From the NCBI GenBank assembly GCA_020891255.1, contig BQFW01000006.1, positions 558,001 to 622,000 on the forward strand: a stretch of DNA of 64,000 nucleotides, in the 5' to 3' direction. Source of the DNA: Entomortierella parvispora E1425. Its lineage: Eukaryota > Fungi > Mortierellomycota. The translations under genes and the position numbers were made by a program. Positions within the stretch are counted from its first letter, which is position 1. The number at the start of each line of letters is the position of its first letter. The notes under the pieces were generated by a model. The model made no database searches. It was not told where the DNA came from and was given only the letters and a program-made list of their open reading frames with translations. Below are positions 36,501-50,544 of the stretch, in pieces.

Positions 36501-39500
36501 TCTCGAGTGGAAAGTATATCTGCCGATGCCCGCCGACAACGTTGAAGAAAATCAAGAAGGCGTCCACCTCCCAGCATAGAGAAGTAACGGCTGCTCTCGT
36601 TCGAAATTGTCTATCTGGACGACCCAACTTTCTACCCACCGTCATCACATCCGCAGAGGGTCGAAGCGGACTACTGGAGTATATTCTGGAGGATATTCTC
36701 AACTCAGATATCGACATTTACCCTTCGATCTCGAACCTGGCGATCATACCTTTACTCAACGGTGAATGGAAAACTCCGTGCTCGGCAGAGGATATGTACT
36801 ATACAGTCGATCCCCCCATGCGAGCACTCATCGAAGGAGACGATTATCTGATCGACATGGATCTGTTCAACACACCGACTCTGAAAAGCATCCTGAAAGC
36901 ATTTGTCAAAGACGAGCGGTTCGATGTTGAGGAGTTGGAGAGTGATCCGGAGAAATTCGCGTCAATCTTTTTCAAGGAGCGGGACCAGAGCACCTTGGAC
37001 GACTGCATCGTGGACAAAGTTTGGTCTCTGCTCGAAAACTACCTGGACCTGAGTCCCTTTGAAGAACTCCGGATAGTAAAGCCGTTGTGGGGCAGCTTCA
37101 TTAGGCTGGGCGATGTTGTATTTGGATTGACACTGGAATCCAATCAACTCTCGGATGATATCCTAGGATTGAAGAGAGTGTTGATAGATCAAGACATTGA
37201 CCTTATCCCACAATCAAGCTATCACAATCACTCTTGGATAGAAAAGCGACCCTGCCACCCTAGTAATGTTCTTAAGGCACTCTATCAAAGCAACCAATGG
37301 GAGCATACGTATGATCTCACGACGTATACGTTCACTGCCGAGGAGGCCAATATTTTACGCGGGTGGGTCTTGCGGCTCAAGCTCTCGGCCTATATCCGTG
37401 AATTCGTAGGCAAGCTTAAGATTTGGGAATCGTACAACTCAGATCCGGAGGCACCGTTGATTAGCGCTGTAGGTCACTCTTTCCCAGTAGCCTCAGGAAT
37501 GGCTGACTTGAGCATTTTTGGGAGCTTTCCCAACATTATCAAGTATCCAGGATACATGGATTGCTCTTACACTGAAATCCTGAGCAGGTTGAGCGCTCGT
37601 CCCATCCACATCAAAGAACTCCTTACCGATCATATCGTGCCAACCCTGTCATTCCAGCCTGGCGGCTTGACCACGAGGCAGAAACCCGCTTACAGGGATA
37701 TCATGGTGGCCCTCTGGGGAAACGGATTTCACAATTGCGCCCCAGGTGAACGCACGTCCTTCCTGTCATCAAGTGTATTGATTCCAAGGAGAGCTGGTGG
37801 CGGTTTCGCTAAGGGTAGTGACTTACTCCGGCCGGAGGATGGACTCTTGCAAGACTTTTATTCCGATGAGAGTGGGATGTTTCCGGACGAAACGGTTTGG
37901 CAGGGACTTCGGCAGCTTGAGAGAGGAGAAGCCTTTGGGCTTCAGACCTCGGACGACGAACTTACCGTGAGACGGTGTGCCGAAAAACTGCTGGATCAGA
38001 TCGCTCGCCTCCCAATCAATCAACGGACACTCAGTGCCACCATGACCGCATCCATTGGTAGTCCAAGACTCTATAGCCTTGCCGTGAAGCTGGTGAAACA
38101 TATTTACGTCCGAAGCCAATCTCAGGAAAATACGCCAGGAATAACGGACTGGAGTGACGACAAATGGGCAATTGTACCTGTGGAACTGACGACAGATTCA
38201 ATCCAACGCTTGTGCTTTCCGTCTGGACTACAAACGTTTATGGCATTTTCGAAACTTCGGTACAGTCGTTGGAGTGACAAAACATGGACGGTATGCGCCT
38301 ATTTTCCTGCCGATCTAGAACCCCCCGAACATTTCAAAAAGGTGTTCCCAGGGGTGAGAGGAAATGCGAACATAGTGCAATGTATACAGCACTTGCGTAA
38401 TTTGGTCACGAAATTGGCGCCTGTATGGACATCTAAAGAGCAAAAGACCATGCTCAAGATTGCACTCTTTCGATCCTATCAATCGTTCGAGGACTCGATT
38501 AACACAATCAAGGATAGCATAGCCCTTTGTTTCGAGGCAGGTTTAAAAGATGTTGCCTTTATTCTAAATGGCGATCATTTGGACCCAGCTCTGCCAGAGT
38601 CTTGGCGCAAACCTAGTCAATTGTTGTTGGATATCGAGTACGACATTGATGATCAGCAACCCGTCCATCAACGTCTGCTCGCCTACAGAAGGTTTTTGGT
38701 GGCGGTCGGCGTTCGCGAAATCAAGAAGGTCGAGGGTCACCTGGTTGAAGTTCCGCCAGGCCGTGAATTGGGAGCCTTGGAGAAGAAAATGACAGAACTG
38801 TTTCAGCAACAGGACGCAAAGATGGGCCTTATGGACGTTAAGTTTATCTTTTCCGACGACTCCAGCGTTCTCGGACGGACGACGAAATCGATTTTGGCCC
38901 ACAAGTTTGTCCTTGTTCACACTTGTCAACATTTCTCGGACAGCTTTACAGGTGCCTGGTCCGAGTTTACGACCAATGATGCCGAGGATCCAAGGCTGAC
39001 GGTCGTGGATTTGTCGAGAGCGATCGCGACAGAAGCGGAATACGAGGTCTTTTGGGGAGTGTTGTACTACTTGTACACGGATAAGTTGATTCAAACGAAC
39101 GGACCTGCTTCTGCAGCGACAGCTCCGCAAGAAGATAAGGACACTGTTGGTGAACGGGTCGAATACCTGGTGAACCTCTTGACAGTGGCAGATCTCTATC
39201 GTCTACAGCGGCTCAAGTCCTTGATTGCTGCTGCTCTCCTCCCACCCTCATCTTTTATCACCCATGGCAACGTGTTTGAGGTCCGAGAGTTTGCACGGAA
39301 TGTGGGGCAGAATGACTTGGTAGCGTACTGCTCGGCTTTTATCCACGAGAACTTTGCGCTCTTAGTGGACCGCACAAAAGACGAGATTCGACGCTGCAGG
39401 GAAGAGATTGGACATATCGAAGAAGAAGAGAAGGTTGCGCAGCGGAGTACTGTACATAATGACGAGGAGGAGGTGGAGGAAGAAGGAGAGGTGTTTGAAG

Positions 39501-39673
39501 ACTGTGCTGTCAGTGAGGAGGATAAAGCCAGCGAGGGCACTGAGAAGTTTGAGGTCGTGAACAAAGAGAAACAGCACGATCCAGCCCTTCTTAAAAGGAA
39601 GAGGGAGCTAATGGCTGAGCTGTTGAACTATACAAACAACCTCATAGAGCTGATCCCCATCTCCTGGAACTGA
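30591..39673 (+). CDS. Sacsin-repeat (2x GHKL/Hsp90-like ATPase) + C-terminal BTB protein, copy 1, 2,896 aa; exons 30591..30958, 31071..31350, 31446..32620, 32718..35179, 35268..39673
   Basis: Spliced length 8,691 nt, no stops. Repeat 1: RELLQNSEDAG, LLAGNDSLF, KIGQMGIGFNSVYHMTD, GTIFRLPLR, FPVHINGHF..SRREIW. Repeat 2: KEFLQNAEDAGA, IIYNDAEFT, KIGRHGLGFNSAYHFTD, GTIFRFPLR, FHLHGEF. BTB-like: MDVKFIF...ILAHKFVL...LYYLYTD...LLTVADLYRLQRLKSL. Confidence 0.88.
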
Positions 39674-40710
39674 AGGACATGAACCTTGAATAAACCTATT
39701 GTACGTTATTGCACAGAAGCGGAGACGAGGGAAGCTTCAGAGAGGGTCATTGTTCATTGTTGTTTGGATCTCTTGACCTCTTCAATGTCGCGGTGCTCAT
39801 GCCTATAAAGGTTCTGCAGGTGCAGGCAGATGGCAAAGCAAAAAAGCAATGATACAAACGGATTTTTTTTTTATTAATGAAGAATCTAATTGATGTGTGA
39901 ATGCAGTTGGAACGGTTGCGTCGGTGCCATGGTGTTTGTTCACTGCCGGGGGTTACTGGAGGGAAAAGGCCGAGCATTTTTGAAGTTTGCTGCTTTGAGG
40001 TTTTGGAGCCAGCTACTCGTTGCCCTGCCACCAGGGGGGGGGGGGGGATATCAAGATGTTGCCAAAAAAGAATCATCTCCTGTGCTATTTCACGGGTTCT
40101 CCTTGCGTGGTATACGTCTACGCTGCAACAGTTAAAGTGCAACGCCCAGCGTCTTGGAATAGATGTTCTTGCATCTTCTACATACGGTGCGAGCACCGTC
40201 CGTCAGTCTTTTCGCGGACATATTTTTTTTTTTGTTTTTTCAGACACAGGGGCTCTACCGCTGAAGAGCGATCGCCACGGCCAACAGGACGATGGTCAAC
40301 AAGCCGGCCTTGGTCCTGGGAGCACCTCCGTTGAACATGGCTGGACAGGTGCTGTTGCTGCAGTCAACTCTGTTGGAGAGATGATTGGCCAAGTCCTCCA
40401 GTCTTCCACTGCTGACAAAACCGTCTTTGTCCGGCATGCGTGTGCAGGAATAATGGTATCTTGTTGACGTCTGCGTCACGAACACAGAAATTAAAACTCA
40501 TCATATCTCACGCAGCTGTTGCTGCCGTTGCTATAGAGTCCGAATTGACATACGGCTCATGAGGACTGTTTGTAGATGGTGGGGTTTCGAATGAGTGAAT
40601 GAAAGAGAGATTGAGATGTCATCCCTCGGAGGCATCATGCATCAGTTTTCTTACAGCAGAAAAAAAAAAAAAAAAAAAGCCCCAAGAACCATCGTGCTGG
40701 CGACAATAAT

Positions 40711-40806
40711 GACACCTCTGACAGCTTTTGGGGTCTTGGAGAGCCCTTGCAAGCCCTTTGACCCGACATATCGTCAGTAACCTGTCGACTTTTACGGGCG
40801 GACTCT
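40711..40806. promoter_or_regulatory. Conserved non-coding block upstream of sacsin-BTB copy 2 (paired with 52307..52402)
   Basis: By eye, 6 mismatches in 96 bp between the two blocks, while neighbouring non-coding sequence aligns only patchily. The regulatory role is inferred. Confidence 0.45.
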
Positions 40807-41018
40807 AGGAATTCACGCGGAACAGGTCGCAGAGCAGCAAAGCCAAGCGACGCAGGCTCGACAAGGGCCAGGGGTGCCTTTTCGTGCAACAGGGGTGAAA
40901 AAAATACGTGATTTTGCTATGCTGTAGCCTGCAGGTGGCGCCATCTCATTTTGTCCCATGGCGAAGAACCGCACGCGCACGCGCGCTGGAAGCATTGGCG
41001 GATGGCAAAGCAAAGAAA

Positions 41019-41088
41019 GCAGAAAGAGCAGAGCAGAAAGAGCAGGGCAGAAAGAGCAGAGCAGAAAGAGCAAAGCAGAAAGAGCAAA
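41019..41088 (+). repeat. 14-bp minisatellite GCAGAAAGAGCA(G/A)(A/G) x5
   Basis: Read directly; not expanded at the homologous position upstream of copy 3. Confidence 0.85.
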
Positions 41089-41378
41089 GCAAAGCAAAAA
41101 AAAAAAAAAAAAAGTGGACAATAGATCATGCTGGACACAGCAGGGGCACTGACCGTCTATTCGTTATTTGCTTCGCTTGCCTCTTTTTTTTCCCCTCTGT
41201 GCTTCCAACTTCGCCTTCTCTTGTTTTTTCTCCTTCATCCTCTCGATCTTTTTTTCTTTTTCTCTTAACCACGTCCCTTTCTCCTCTCTCTATCTCTCTC
41301 TCTATCTCTCTCTCTCTCTCAATCACAGAGAATCAAGAAAAACACTCCCACAACTCATCCCTAGTCAAAAATCTAGCC

Positions 41379-44300
41379 ATGTCCGAGAAAAGCAAGCACT
41401 CTCGCTCCGATGATGAGAATAGCGACGATGATGCTTTTGACAACTTTGAGGTCACAGAACCCTTGACCCGTCGCATTGCCAGCATCCTGGGCGACTATGC
41501 TGATGGACCGCAGATTGCCCGTGAACTATTGCAGAACAGCGAGGATGCAGGCTCTACAAAGCAGTGGTACCTGCTCGACCATCGTTCCCATCCGTCCGAG
41601 ACCATCTTTCGGAAGGGTTTGGAAGAGTACATGGGGCCGGCCCTGCTGGCTGGAAACGACTCTTCGTTCAAGGAAGGGGATTTCAAGTCCTTGATGAATC
41701 TTGCCAACAGTGGCAAGAAAGGGGATTATGAAAAAATTGGCCAGATGGGCATTGGCTTCAACAGGTAAAGATCCATTTTTTTTTTCTTTTTTATTTGTCA
41801 AGAGAAAGAGACTACGATCGAAGTTAACCATCCCTATCCATTCGACTTTGTTCCGTCTCTTCTGCTAGTGTCTACCATATGACGGATTGCCCCTCCTTCC
41901 TGTCGCAAGATCAACTGGTGATCCTTGAGCCACATGCAAAGATCTTCAACGGTCGCAAAACCAAATTTCGAGGGGGTGTCAAAGGAAACTTTGTCTCTAA
42001 CCGTCGGGGTCTCGAGCGTTATGCAGACCAAATCAAACCTTTTGCGGCCTTGGACGATGACCTGGATCTGTCCGAGCCTTATGATGGCACCATCTTTCGG
42101 TTCCCTCTGCGCACCAAGGCCTCTGATATTTCCAAGAGCGCATACTCCGCAGAACAGGTAAAAAAAAACACAGAGAAGCGCCTCGTGAGCTCATGATGAA
42201 ATTGATGGATGGAACTGACTGATGGTCCATGCGCCACCACATCTGAATAGGCAAGAGACATGCTGATGGCATTCAAGGAAGAGGCACTCGAGTGTTTGCT
42301 CTTCCTCACCAATGTCGATCAGATCTCGATCTACGAGAGACTGGATGGCGAGTCAAAGCCAACCCTCCTCTTTGACATCCAGATCACGAACGCAAAGGAG
42401 GTCCGGGCCGAACGAAAGCGATTCACGGATGGATTCAAGGATCAGCTTGATCTCAAATCTGCAAACCAAAAAGAGAAGGATGCAACTCTGGACTACTCTA
42501 TCAGACCCGAATTCAAGATAACCGATGAGAATGGCCATGTCACCTCGGAGATCTGGCAGATCACCAGCATGATGGGAAGTGCCGTGGAGGCCCATCGACA
42601 GATGAAGGAACGGACGGAGGCCGACCCCACTGCGCATAGACTTATCCCTTGGGTCGGAGTTGCGGCCCCAGTGGATCCCAAGATCAAAATCAAGAACTCT
42701 CGCCTCTTTTGCTTCCTGCCTGTCAGGAGTAGCAACCTGTTCCCTGTCCATATTAACGGTCATTTTGCAGTGAAACAGAGCCGTCGGGAGATCTGGACCA
42801 ATCAAGACAAAGACCTCCCTTCCAAGAGTGAAGCACGTCTGAAGGCTCATTGGAATGAGTACATGATGACCGAACTGATCCCAAAGGTGTATGCTCGTTT
42901 TTTGGAGAACATGGGTTTCGATCATAGCGTCAAGTACAGCCTGTGGCCTGTGCCAAATAAGTCTAGTGACGAGAGCTATGCTCTCATGCGCGAGATGCCG
43001 ACCCGGGTGCTGTTGCACGCTATCAATGAGAAGCGAAAAATATTTTTCGCTGGACCCTCGTCAAGTAGAGCAATGACCCTTGAGAATTGCTATATTGCCG
43101 ATCATGTTCTTGGACGATCCACCCTACTTGTGGATATCCTCCACCGGATGACAAGCATGGTAGTGGGCTTACCTGGCGACATTGTTGCCTCTCTCAAATC
43201 GGTCGCCGCAACTCTTGGACTACAAGAGCAAATCCTCGATCCAGCCCGAGTCAGAAAGTGCTTATTGCAGCACGTAGAGTTGTTCTCGAAGGCATCGTCA
43301 CCTGCAGCCAAGTCCCACACATTGGAGTACTGCTTCAAAGATCAAAATGTCGGGGCTCTTGAAGGACTGCCACTCTTACCAATGGCGGATGGCACTTGGA
43401 CGAAGCTTAGCAGGAAAGCGAAGGACAATCGGTAAGTTGAGATTCTGGCTACAGTATGACCAACTAAGTCCTTTTTTCTCAAGAGTGCTGACTGACAAAC
43501 ACCATTGATCCTTCAACTGTATTTCTGTAGCTTTTTGGTCAGCAACCAAGAATATGAGATCCTTGCTTTCTCAAAAACTGGTATCATCCGGCTCAACGAA
43601 CCTGCATTCCCATATTGTATCATTGGGAACTCGGCATTCCACATTTTCCTTACGCAGGGGATACCCCCTACTGACTTCGTGCAGAAAATCCGCGAATCGT
43701 TTACTACTCACTACAAAGACGGCACCGACGACTTTCCTACCAACAAATGGCTCTCAGAACTTTGGGACTATCTCGGAACGCACAAAAAACTTATTCCTAA
43801 GCTCGAAGGATTGCACCTGCTACGTATCAGAGGCAACAAACTCGCTCCTCTAGACGAAGACGACCCTGTCTTGGTCTTTGACGGGCAGGTATCTCAAACG
43901 GCAACCACTCTCAGGGAAACCCTGGACATTATGCACAGTCAGCTCGGATGTTCTGTACTGGCGGAGGGGCAACCAGGTCCTATTTCTTTAGCTGGTGACT
44001 ACCTCACTAAGATTACGAATGTGCCGGGGGTTCTCTCGGTTCTCTACTCGGTCCCGTCATCCAGGCTTGCTACTCTTAATCAGAAACATCGCAAAGTTCT
44101 CAGCCAGTATATACAATGTCGACTATCATCAGGAGAGCAATTGTCGCAGGAACAAGTGGTCTCTCTTCGAGACCTACCCATCTTTTGCGGTTACAAAGAT
44201 GCAGAGTTGAAGTCGTTCAGTATGTTAACCAGGGGCGACGGACGTTCTTGGTATATTTGCAGTGGTTTTTCGTCCTCTGATCTCCCGTGGATGCCATCGG

Positions 44301-47300
44301 AAATCACTCTTTTCCGGCAAGGACAAGATCTTGAGACCGTGCTCCAGAAAGTCCTCAAGATTCCGACCATGAATGAACCTACATATTGGACCCGTTTGCT
44401 TCCCGATCTACCAAAAATAGCGGAGGAAGAGTGGGACAAGATCATTCTGGCCTTTGCAAGGAAATTTCGTTCCCACTCGGACCACCACTCATTCACATCG
44501 ACCCTCCAAGATCTGGCATTCGTCCGAGTTAGAGGGTCGGGTCAGGGATCTCGAACCAAACGGATTCAACCGCAACATGTCATCAGCTCTTGCTTGGAGA
44601 AGCTGTACATGCCGGATGAGATCTACTTCCCTAGAGGAATATATGCCGAAGGCCCGATCTTGACAATGCTGCAGACACTCGGGATGACGACTATCTTCAG
44701 CGAGAAACTTGCAAAGGAGCGTATCCTGACCATCTCCAGGCGCAACGGCAGCAACGCCTCTGTCGCTCAGGTTGCGAAGGCTCTTCTTCGTCAGATACAG
44801 TCGGAGAGACTTTTCTCTCAAAACCTCAGTGTCACGATCCAAAGCTGCAGGTGGATTCCTGGATCGATGTCCTCAAATCCCCACAGTGTCCGCTTGTACA
44901 TGTCCGAGGAATGTCGGCCAATTGATGACAGGATATTGTTAGGCGACACGATGCCCGCTGTGGATATCTCGTACCCAAGTCTAGAGCTGAAAAAGGCATT
45001 TGGCTGGGATCAACGACCGCCACTCGACAAGGTTCTTCTTCATCTTACACAATTAATGGAGGCTGGATGCGAGGAATCGGATATCAAGCAACCCCAGGAG
45101 ACCTCGTTGAAAGCTATCTATCGGGACCTCCTTGGGCGCGTACACGATCCAAGATCGCTTGCCACGATCAAAAAGACAGTCGGGCCGCGAAAGTGGATCC
45201 TTGTGAACAAAAAGTTGTATGCTACCGATCGAGTCGCCTTCAGCATGCCGTCGTTCCTGGCCCCAAGATCAGTTCAGATTCCGTCCATTGGATTTAATGT
45301 CCTATTCAGGGCTGTAGGTGTGCCAGAGTCAGTGGAGGCAGATGATTTGCAGGGTATGCTCCGTGAACTGGCTGAACAGTATGATGAGGACACTCCGCTG
45401 TCAGAGGAGGATGCCCTGCTTGCGGTCAGGATCTTGGATCACATTGCCACAACTCTGCCAAACTCGGGGAAAGATGATGATCTTTCCGATCTCCTTGTGC
45501 TCACTCAGGATTCCAAGCTGTGCAAGATCGACAAGGTTGTCTATGACGATGTCAACGCAAGTCAGGAGTCTGCCGATATTCGGACTGATTCCGATGAAGA
45601 GACATACATTATGGTCAGCTCGAAAATTTCTCACCATGTGGCCACAAAGCTCAAGATCACAATGCTCTCGACGCAGTACTGGCATGCCAAGAAAGATCCC
45701 GATTTCGAACCTTGGGCGCAGCAGGAACATATCGTTGATCGAATCAGAAATATCCTCAACGACTATGATCCCTCCAGTATTTTCAAAGAGTTCCTCCAAA
45801 ACGCAGAGGATGCAGGGGCCACCAAATGTGTCTTCAAGTTGGATGAGCGCTCGTATGGAACGGCGTCCATCCTCTGCCCAGAGATGGCCGCATGCCAGGG
45901 ACCAGCCCTTATCATCTACAACGATGCAGAGTTCACTAAGGACGACTTTCATGCACTTTCTATGCTCGGTGTGGGAAACAAACGTAAGAAGAGGCATCAT
46001 CCTCCTGGTTCAATTATGATGGGCTGTTTCTATTATGTTGATTTATTAACTAAAGATTCAACTTTCTTGTAGGCGAGGATTCCACAAAGATCGGTCGCCA
46101 TGGTCTCGGCTTTAACTCTGCTTACCACTTCACCGACGTCCCAAGTGTGGTTAGTGGAACTCACATCGGGTTCTTTGATCCTCATCGAGCGTACCTGCCG
46201 AAATCCCGTACGTCCAAAGGCTTGGTAGCAGAGGGTGGAATCCGCATCGACTTCACGAAACTCAAAGGGCCAGCGTACTCTGACCAAATGGCGCCCTACA
46301 AGGGTCTGTTTGGCTGTGATATGGAATCCCACTTCAAGGGCACCATCTTTCGATTCCCTTTGCGCACTGCAAACAGACCGGCTCTTCCGAAGATTGAGTC
46401 CCCTCTTGGGAATAGTTCTTGGACCATCGGCCGTATCGGGAGTATAATGTCTGAATGGCACCAGGACGTGAAGATCGCGATACTCTTTTTGAAGAATATG
46501 AAAACGATTGAACTCCAAGGAGGGAACAGTCCCTGTTCTGTGATCAAGTCGGACATAACAAAGGGCTCGGTCTTAGAGGAAGTCAATGACCGATCAACTC
46601 TTGGAACAACAACAGCTAGTCTCATCAACATCCGCTTCAGCCTAGGCAATGCGAATAGGAGCAATGACCAGGTGTGGCTTGTGTACCAAGAGTCCCAGTT
46701 TCCTGTATCTTGTCCAAGGAGCATTGTGAAACTTGCGAAGGAATATCGATGGACTCCGCATCGTGGAACCGCATTCCCACTAGGCTTGCAAGATAAAACT
46801 ACAGGTGCTCTCGCGCAGGGACGACTATTTACACACTTGCCAACTCCTATCAGGACAGACACAATCTTCCATCTGCATGGCGGATTCGCGCTTTTATCCA
46901 GTCGAAAGGGTCTGTCTGGGGGGTCCGTCAGCACAGAGGATCACGCTGCACAGTGGAACGAGGTATTGAGAAAGACAGTGATGCCACTGCATCTGGTCAA
47001 GGCGTTTGCTGTCTTGCTCGAGTACATCATCAGCACCAACCCCAAGAAAAGCACTCAAGATTTGGAAGCCGCGAGGACGAAATACCATTCCTATTTACCC
47101 ACCTCTGCCGCCTTGAACAAGGAAACTACTTTACAGTGGTCAGAGTTCTGGAAGCACACGTACAACCACAGCGTCTTTCTCTGCAGAGGGACAGGTCTCG
47201 AACTGGTAGCCAAATCCGCGCAAGAATCTTACTTTATGGATACATACTTTCTCGTTCTTCCGCAGGAAGTTCAGCAGAAGGTGGTGCAGGTATTGGTGTC

Positions 47301-50300
47301 GAGTGGGAAGTACGTCTGCCAGTATCCGCCGACATATTTGAAGGGGGTCAAGGATGCATCCACGTCTCAGTACAACGAAGTAACGGCCGCCCTTGTTCGA
47401 AAGTGTCTAGCTGGGCAATCCAACTTTCTCACAGAGATCAAGTCCCCAGAGGCTCGAGGCGCCTTCCTGCAGTACATTTTAGAGGATATCCTCAACCCCG
47501 ATATCGACTTTTATCCTTCTATCTCGTGCCTGGCGATTATTCCTTTGCCCAATGGTCAGTGGAAGACACCATCCTCAACAGGGGTCACATATTATACAGC
47601 GGCAGCCGGTATTCGTGCGCTCATCAAAGGAAATGACTCTCTCGTCGATGAGAACTTATTCAGTACGGCAACACTACAGAAAATCTTGGGCAAACTGGTG
47701 TCGGACGGACGGTGCGGTGTAAAAGAGATTTCACCAGAACAGTTCACAGCTATATTCATGAAGGAGAACCCTGGACCTTTGCACAACGACCTTACTGAGA
47801 GAGTTTGGTCTCTACTCCGTAATTACACTGATTTGCGTCCTTTTGGAAGTCTTCGCATTCTCAGGACTCTCTGGGGCGATCTTCAGCCTCTGAACGCTAC
47901 AAAACGTGGATTGATCTTGGAATCCTACTCTACACCAGCAGCGTGCGAGGCACTGAAAGGGCTGCTGAAACAGAGGGACGTCCCGATCTTCTCCGCTTCC
48001 AGCCACCATAGCCATCCTGGAGCACCCAAAGACCGACCTTTTAGTCCTGCGAATGTATTCAGAGAGTTGGCCAGAGCAAGGGGGTGGGAAAGATCGTACG
48101 ATTTCAAAACTGACGAGGCCGCCACATTACGCACGTGGGTCATGACAGATAAAGTGCCGCAGGATCTCCAGGGCTTTGTGGGCAGGTTCAAGATATGGAA
48201 TAGCCACGGTTCGTATGTATCACTCATAAGCGCTAGTGGATCAGTTTTCCAGATGGCTCCAGGAAATGCCAGGCTCAGTGAACTTGGCAGATTCCCTACT
48301 ATTATCGATTTCCAAGGGCAGGTCATGGACTCCACCAAGAACCAAATCTTAACACGACTGGGGTCTCGACCCTCCGACATTCGATCAATCCTGTCGCAAT
48401 ATGTGGTTCCGGCACTGCAAGGCCAGTCTGGCGACATGACTGGAAATCAAAAGGTCGCATACCGGAACATTTTGGTATTCCTGTGGAACACCACCGATGA
48501 TCGCTCATCCCTGTCGTCGTTTCCGTTGATTCCAGGGAGGACAGGAATTTTTACTGAGGGCAGAAACTTACTCAATCCTGATGATGATCTCTTACGAAGT
48601 CTGTTCAACGATCAGGATGAAATGTTTCCAGACGAAACAGTTTGGGCAGGGCTTCGAGATCTCCACTCTGGAGGGCCGTTTGGTCTTCAAACCTCGAATG
48701 ACGCTCTCACAGTGAGACGATGTGCAGAGGCATTGCTAGCCAAGATTGACCGTCTGCCTGTTGGACAGCGAACACTGAGCCCCACCGTAACTGCGGCGAC
48801 CAGCTCTCCGGAACTTTGTGGACTTGCTGTGGAATTGGTGAAGAAGATCTACGCGCTGAGTACCACCACCCTGGCAAATATTTCAGGGTTTACGAACTGG
48901 AGCGACGAGAAATGGACCATTGTCCCTGCAGAACTGACGACAGATCCAGTGCAGAGCTTGAGGGTCCCACTCGGACTCCCTACATTTATGGCATTCTCGA
49001 AACTTCGGTGTAGGGATCAGCAAGTGGAAACATGGACGGAATGTGCGTATTTCCCATCGGATCTCGAGCCTCCTGCACGCTTCTTGGTGGTTCATCCAGG
49101 AGCGATAAATACGTCCACTAAAGACTTTGGTCTACATTTCCGCGCTTTGGTCAGAGACTTGGCTCCGACTTGGACATCAATGAACCAGCAGCTCATGTTC
49201 AAATCTTCACTGTTCAAACTTTATGAGAGGTTCGAGAACGACGTGCAACAGGCCGACTCGAGAATCAAGCTAGTCGACTTTTTCAAGACAAATTTGAAGA
49301 ATACTCCTTTTATTCTGAACGGTGATCATTTGGACCCCACTCTGCCAGAGTCCTGGCGAACTCCTAGTCAAGTGGTCTTGGATATCGAACACGAGATGGA
49401 TCATGAGCAACCTGTCCATCCGAAGCTGCTCGTCTATAGAAACTTTTTGGTGGCGGTCGGCGTTCGAGAGATCAAGAAGGTTGAGGGTCACATGGTGGAG
49501 GTTCCGCCGGGCCGTGAGTTTGGAGTAATGGAGAAGAGAATGGTGGAGTCGTTTGCGAAACAAGACTCAGTGATGGGCTTTATGGACGTCAAGTTTACCT
49601 TCTCGGACACTTCTTATGGACCTGGACGGACGACGAGATCAATCTTGGCCCACAAGTTTATCCTCTCTCATACATGCGAATACTTCTCGAGACGGTTTAC
49701 TGGCGAATGGTCCAAGTTTATCAGCAATGACCCAGAGAATCCAGGGCTTACAGTTGTAGATATGTCGAGAGCTATTGAGACTAAGGCCGCATATGACATC
49801 TTCTGCGGAGTGCTGTACTACCTGTACACGGACAAGTTGATTCCGACAAATGGACTTTGTACTGCGAACAATGCAACTCAGGAAGGAATTGAGGAGAGCG
49901 AAACCATCAATAGCGTCAACAAGGGGCGAGCCCAGTACTTGGTAGACCTCTTATTAGCAGCACATCTCTACTGCTTAGAGAGACTCAAGTCTTTGATTGC
50001 CAGGACTCTCATGCCACCCTACTCTTCTTTGATTGACTATGACACTGCGTTTGATATCCGGAGGAATGCTCGAGATGCCTCGCAGGTGGACTTGATTGCA
50101 TATTGCACAGAGTTCATCCACAAGAATCACTCGCTTATGGGGGATCAAGTCAGGAATGAGGTCAAGAAGGTTACCAGTAAGATCAGGTGCGTCAAGGACA
50201 ACATTGAACGCGTCAACAAGGATATTGAACGCGCAGAAGAAGAGGCCGTTAGAGGATTTGATAACAGCTTTGAGAACTTGAAGTCTGCCGGCGAGGAAAG

Positions 50301-50544
50301 CGATGACAGCGAAGGGTTTGAAGTGGTGGACGAGAGCAAATCTGAGGAGACGGTGGGTGATGGTGATCAGAACAGCTCAGACACGGTCGCGCAACTCGAC
50401 ATTGCTCGGGAGAGTCGAAACCAAGAGAACCAAGAAGTTGAACATCTTACCCTTGCCGAACTGAGGGAGAAGCTCAATGAACTAGAGCTGGAGTTGTCAA
50501 ACTATGAAGATCAACTTCAGGATTTTGCTAATCTCAGCACGTAA
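41379..50544 (+). CDS. Sacsin-repeat + BTB protein, copy 2, 2,926 aa; exons 41379..41764, 41869..42157, 42251..43431, 43531..45983, 46073..50544
   Basis: Spliced length 8,781 nt, in frame. Same intron positions and phases and the same GHKL and BTB motifs as copy 1. Confidence 0.88.
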
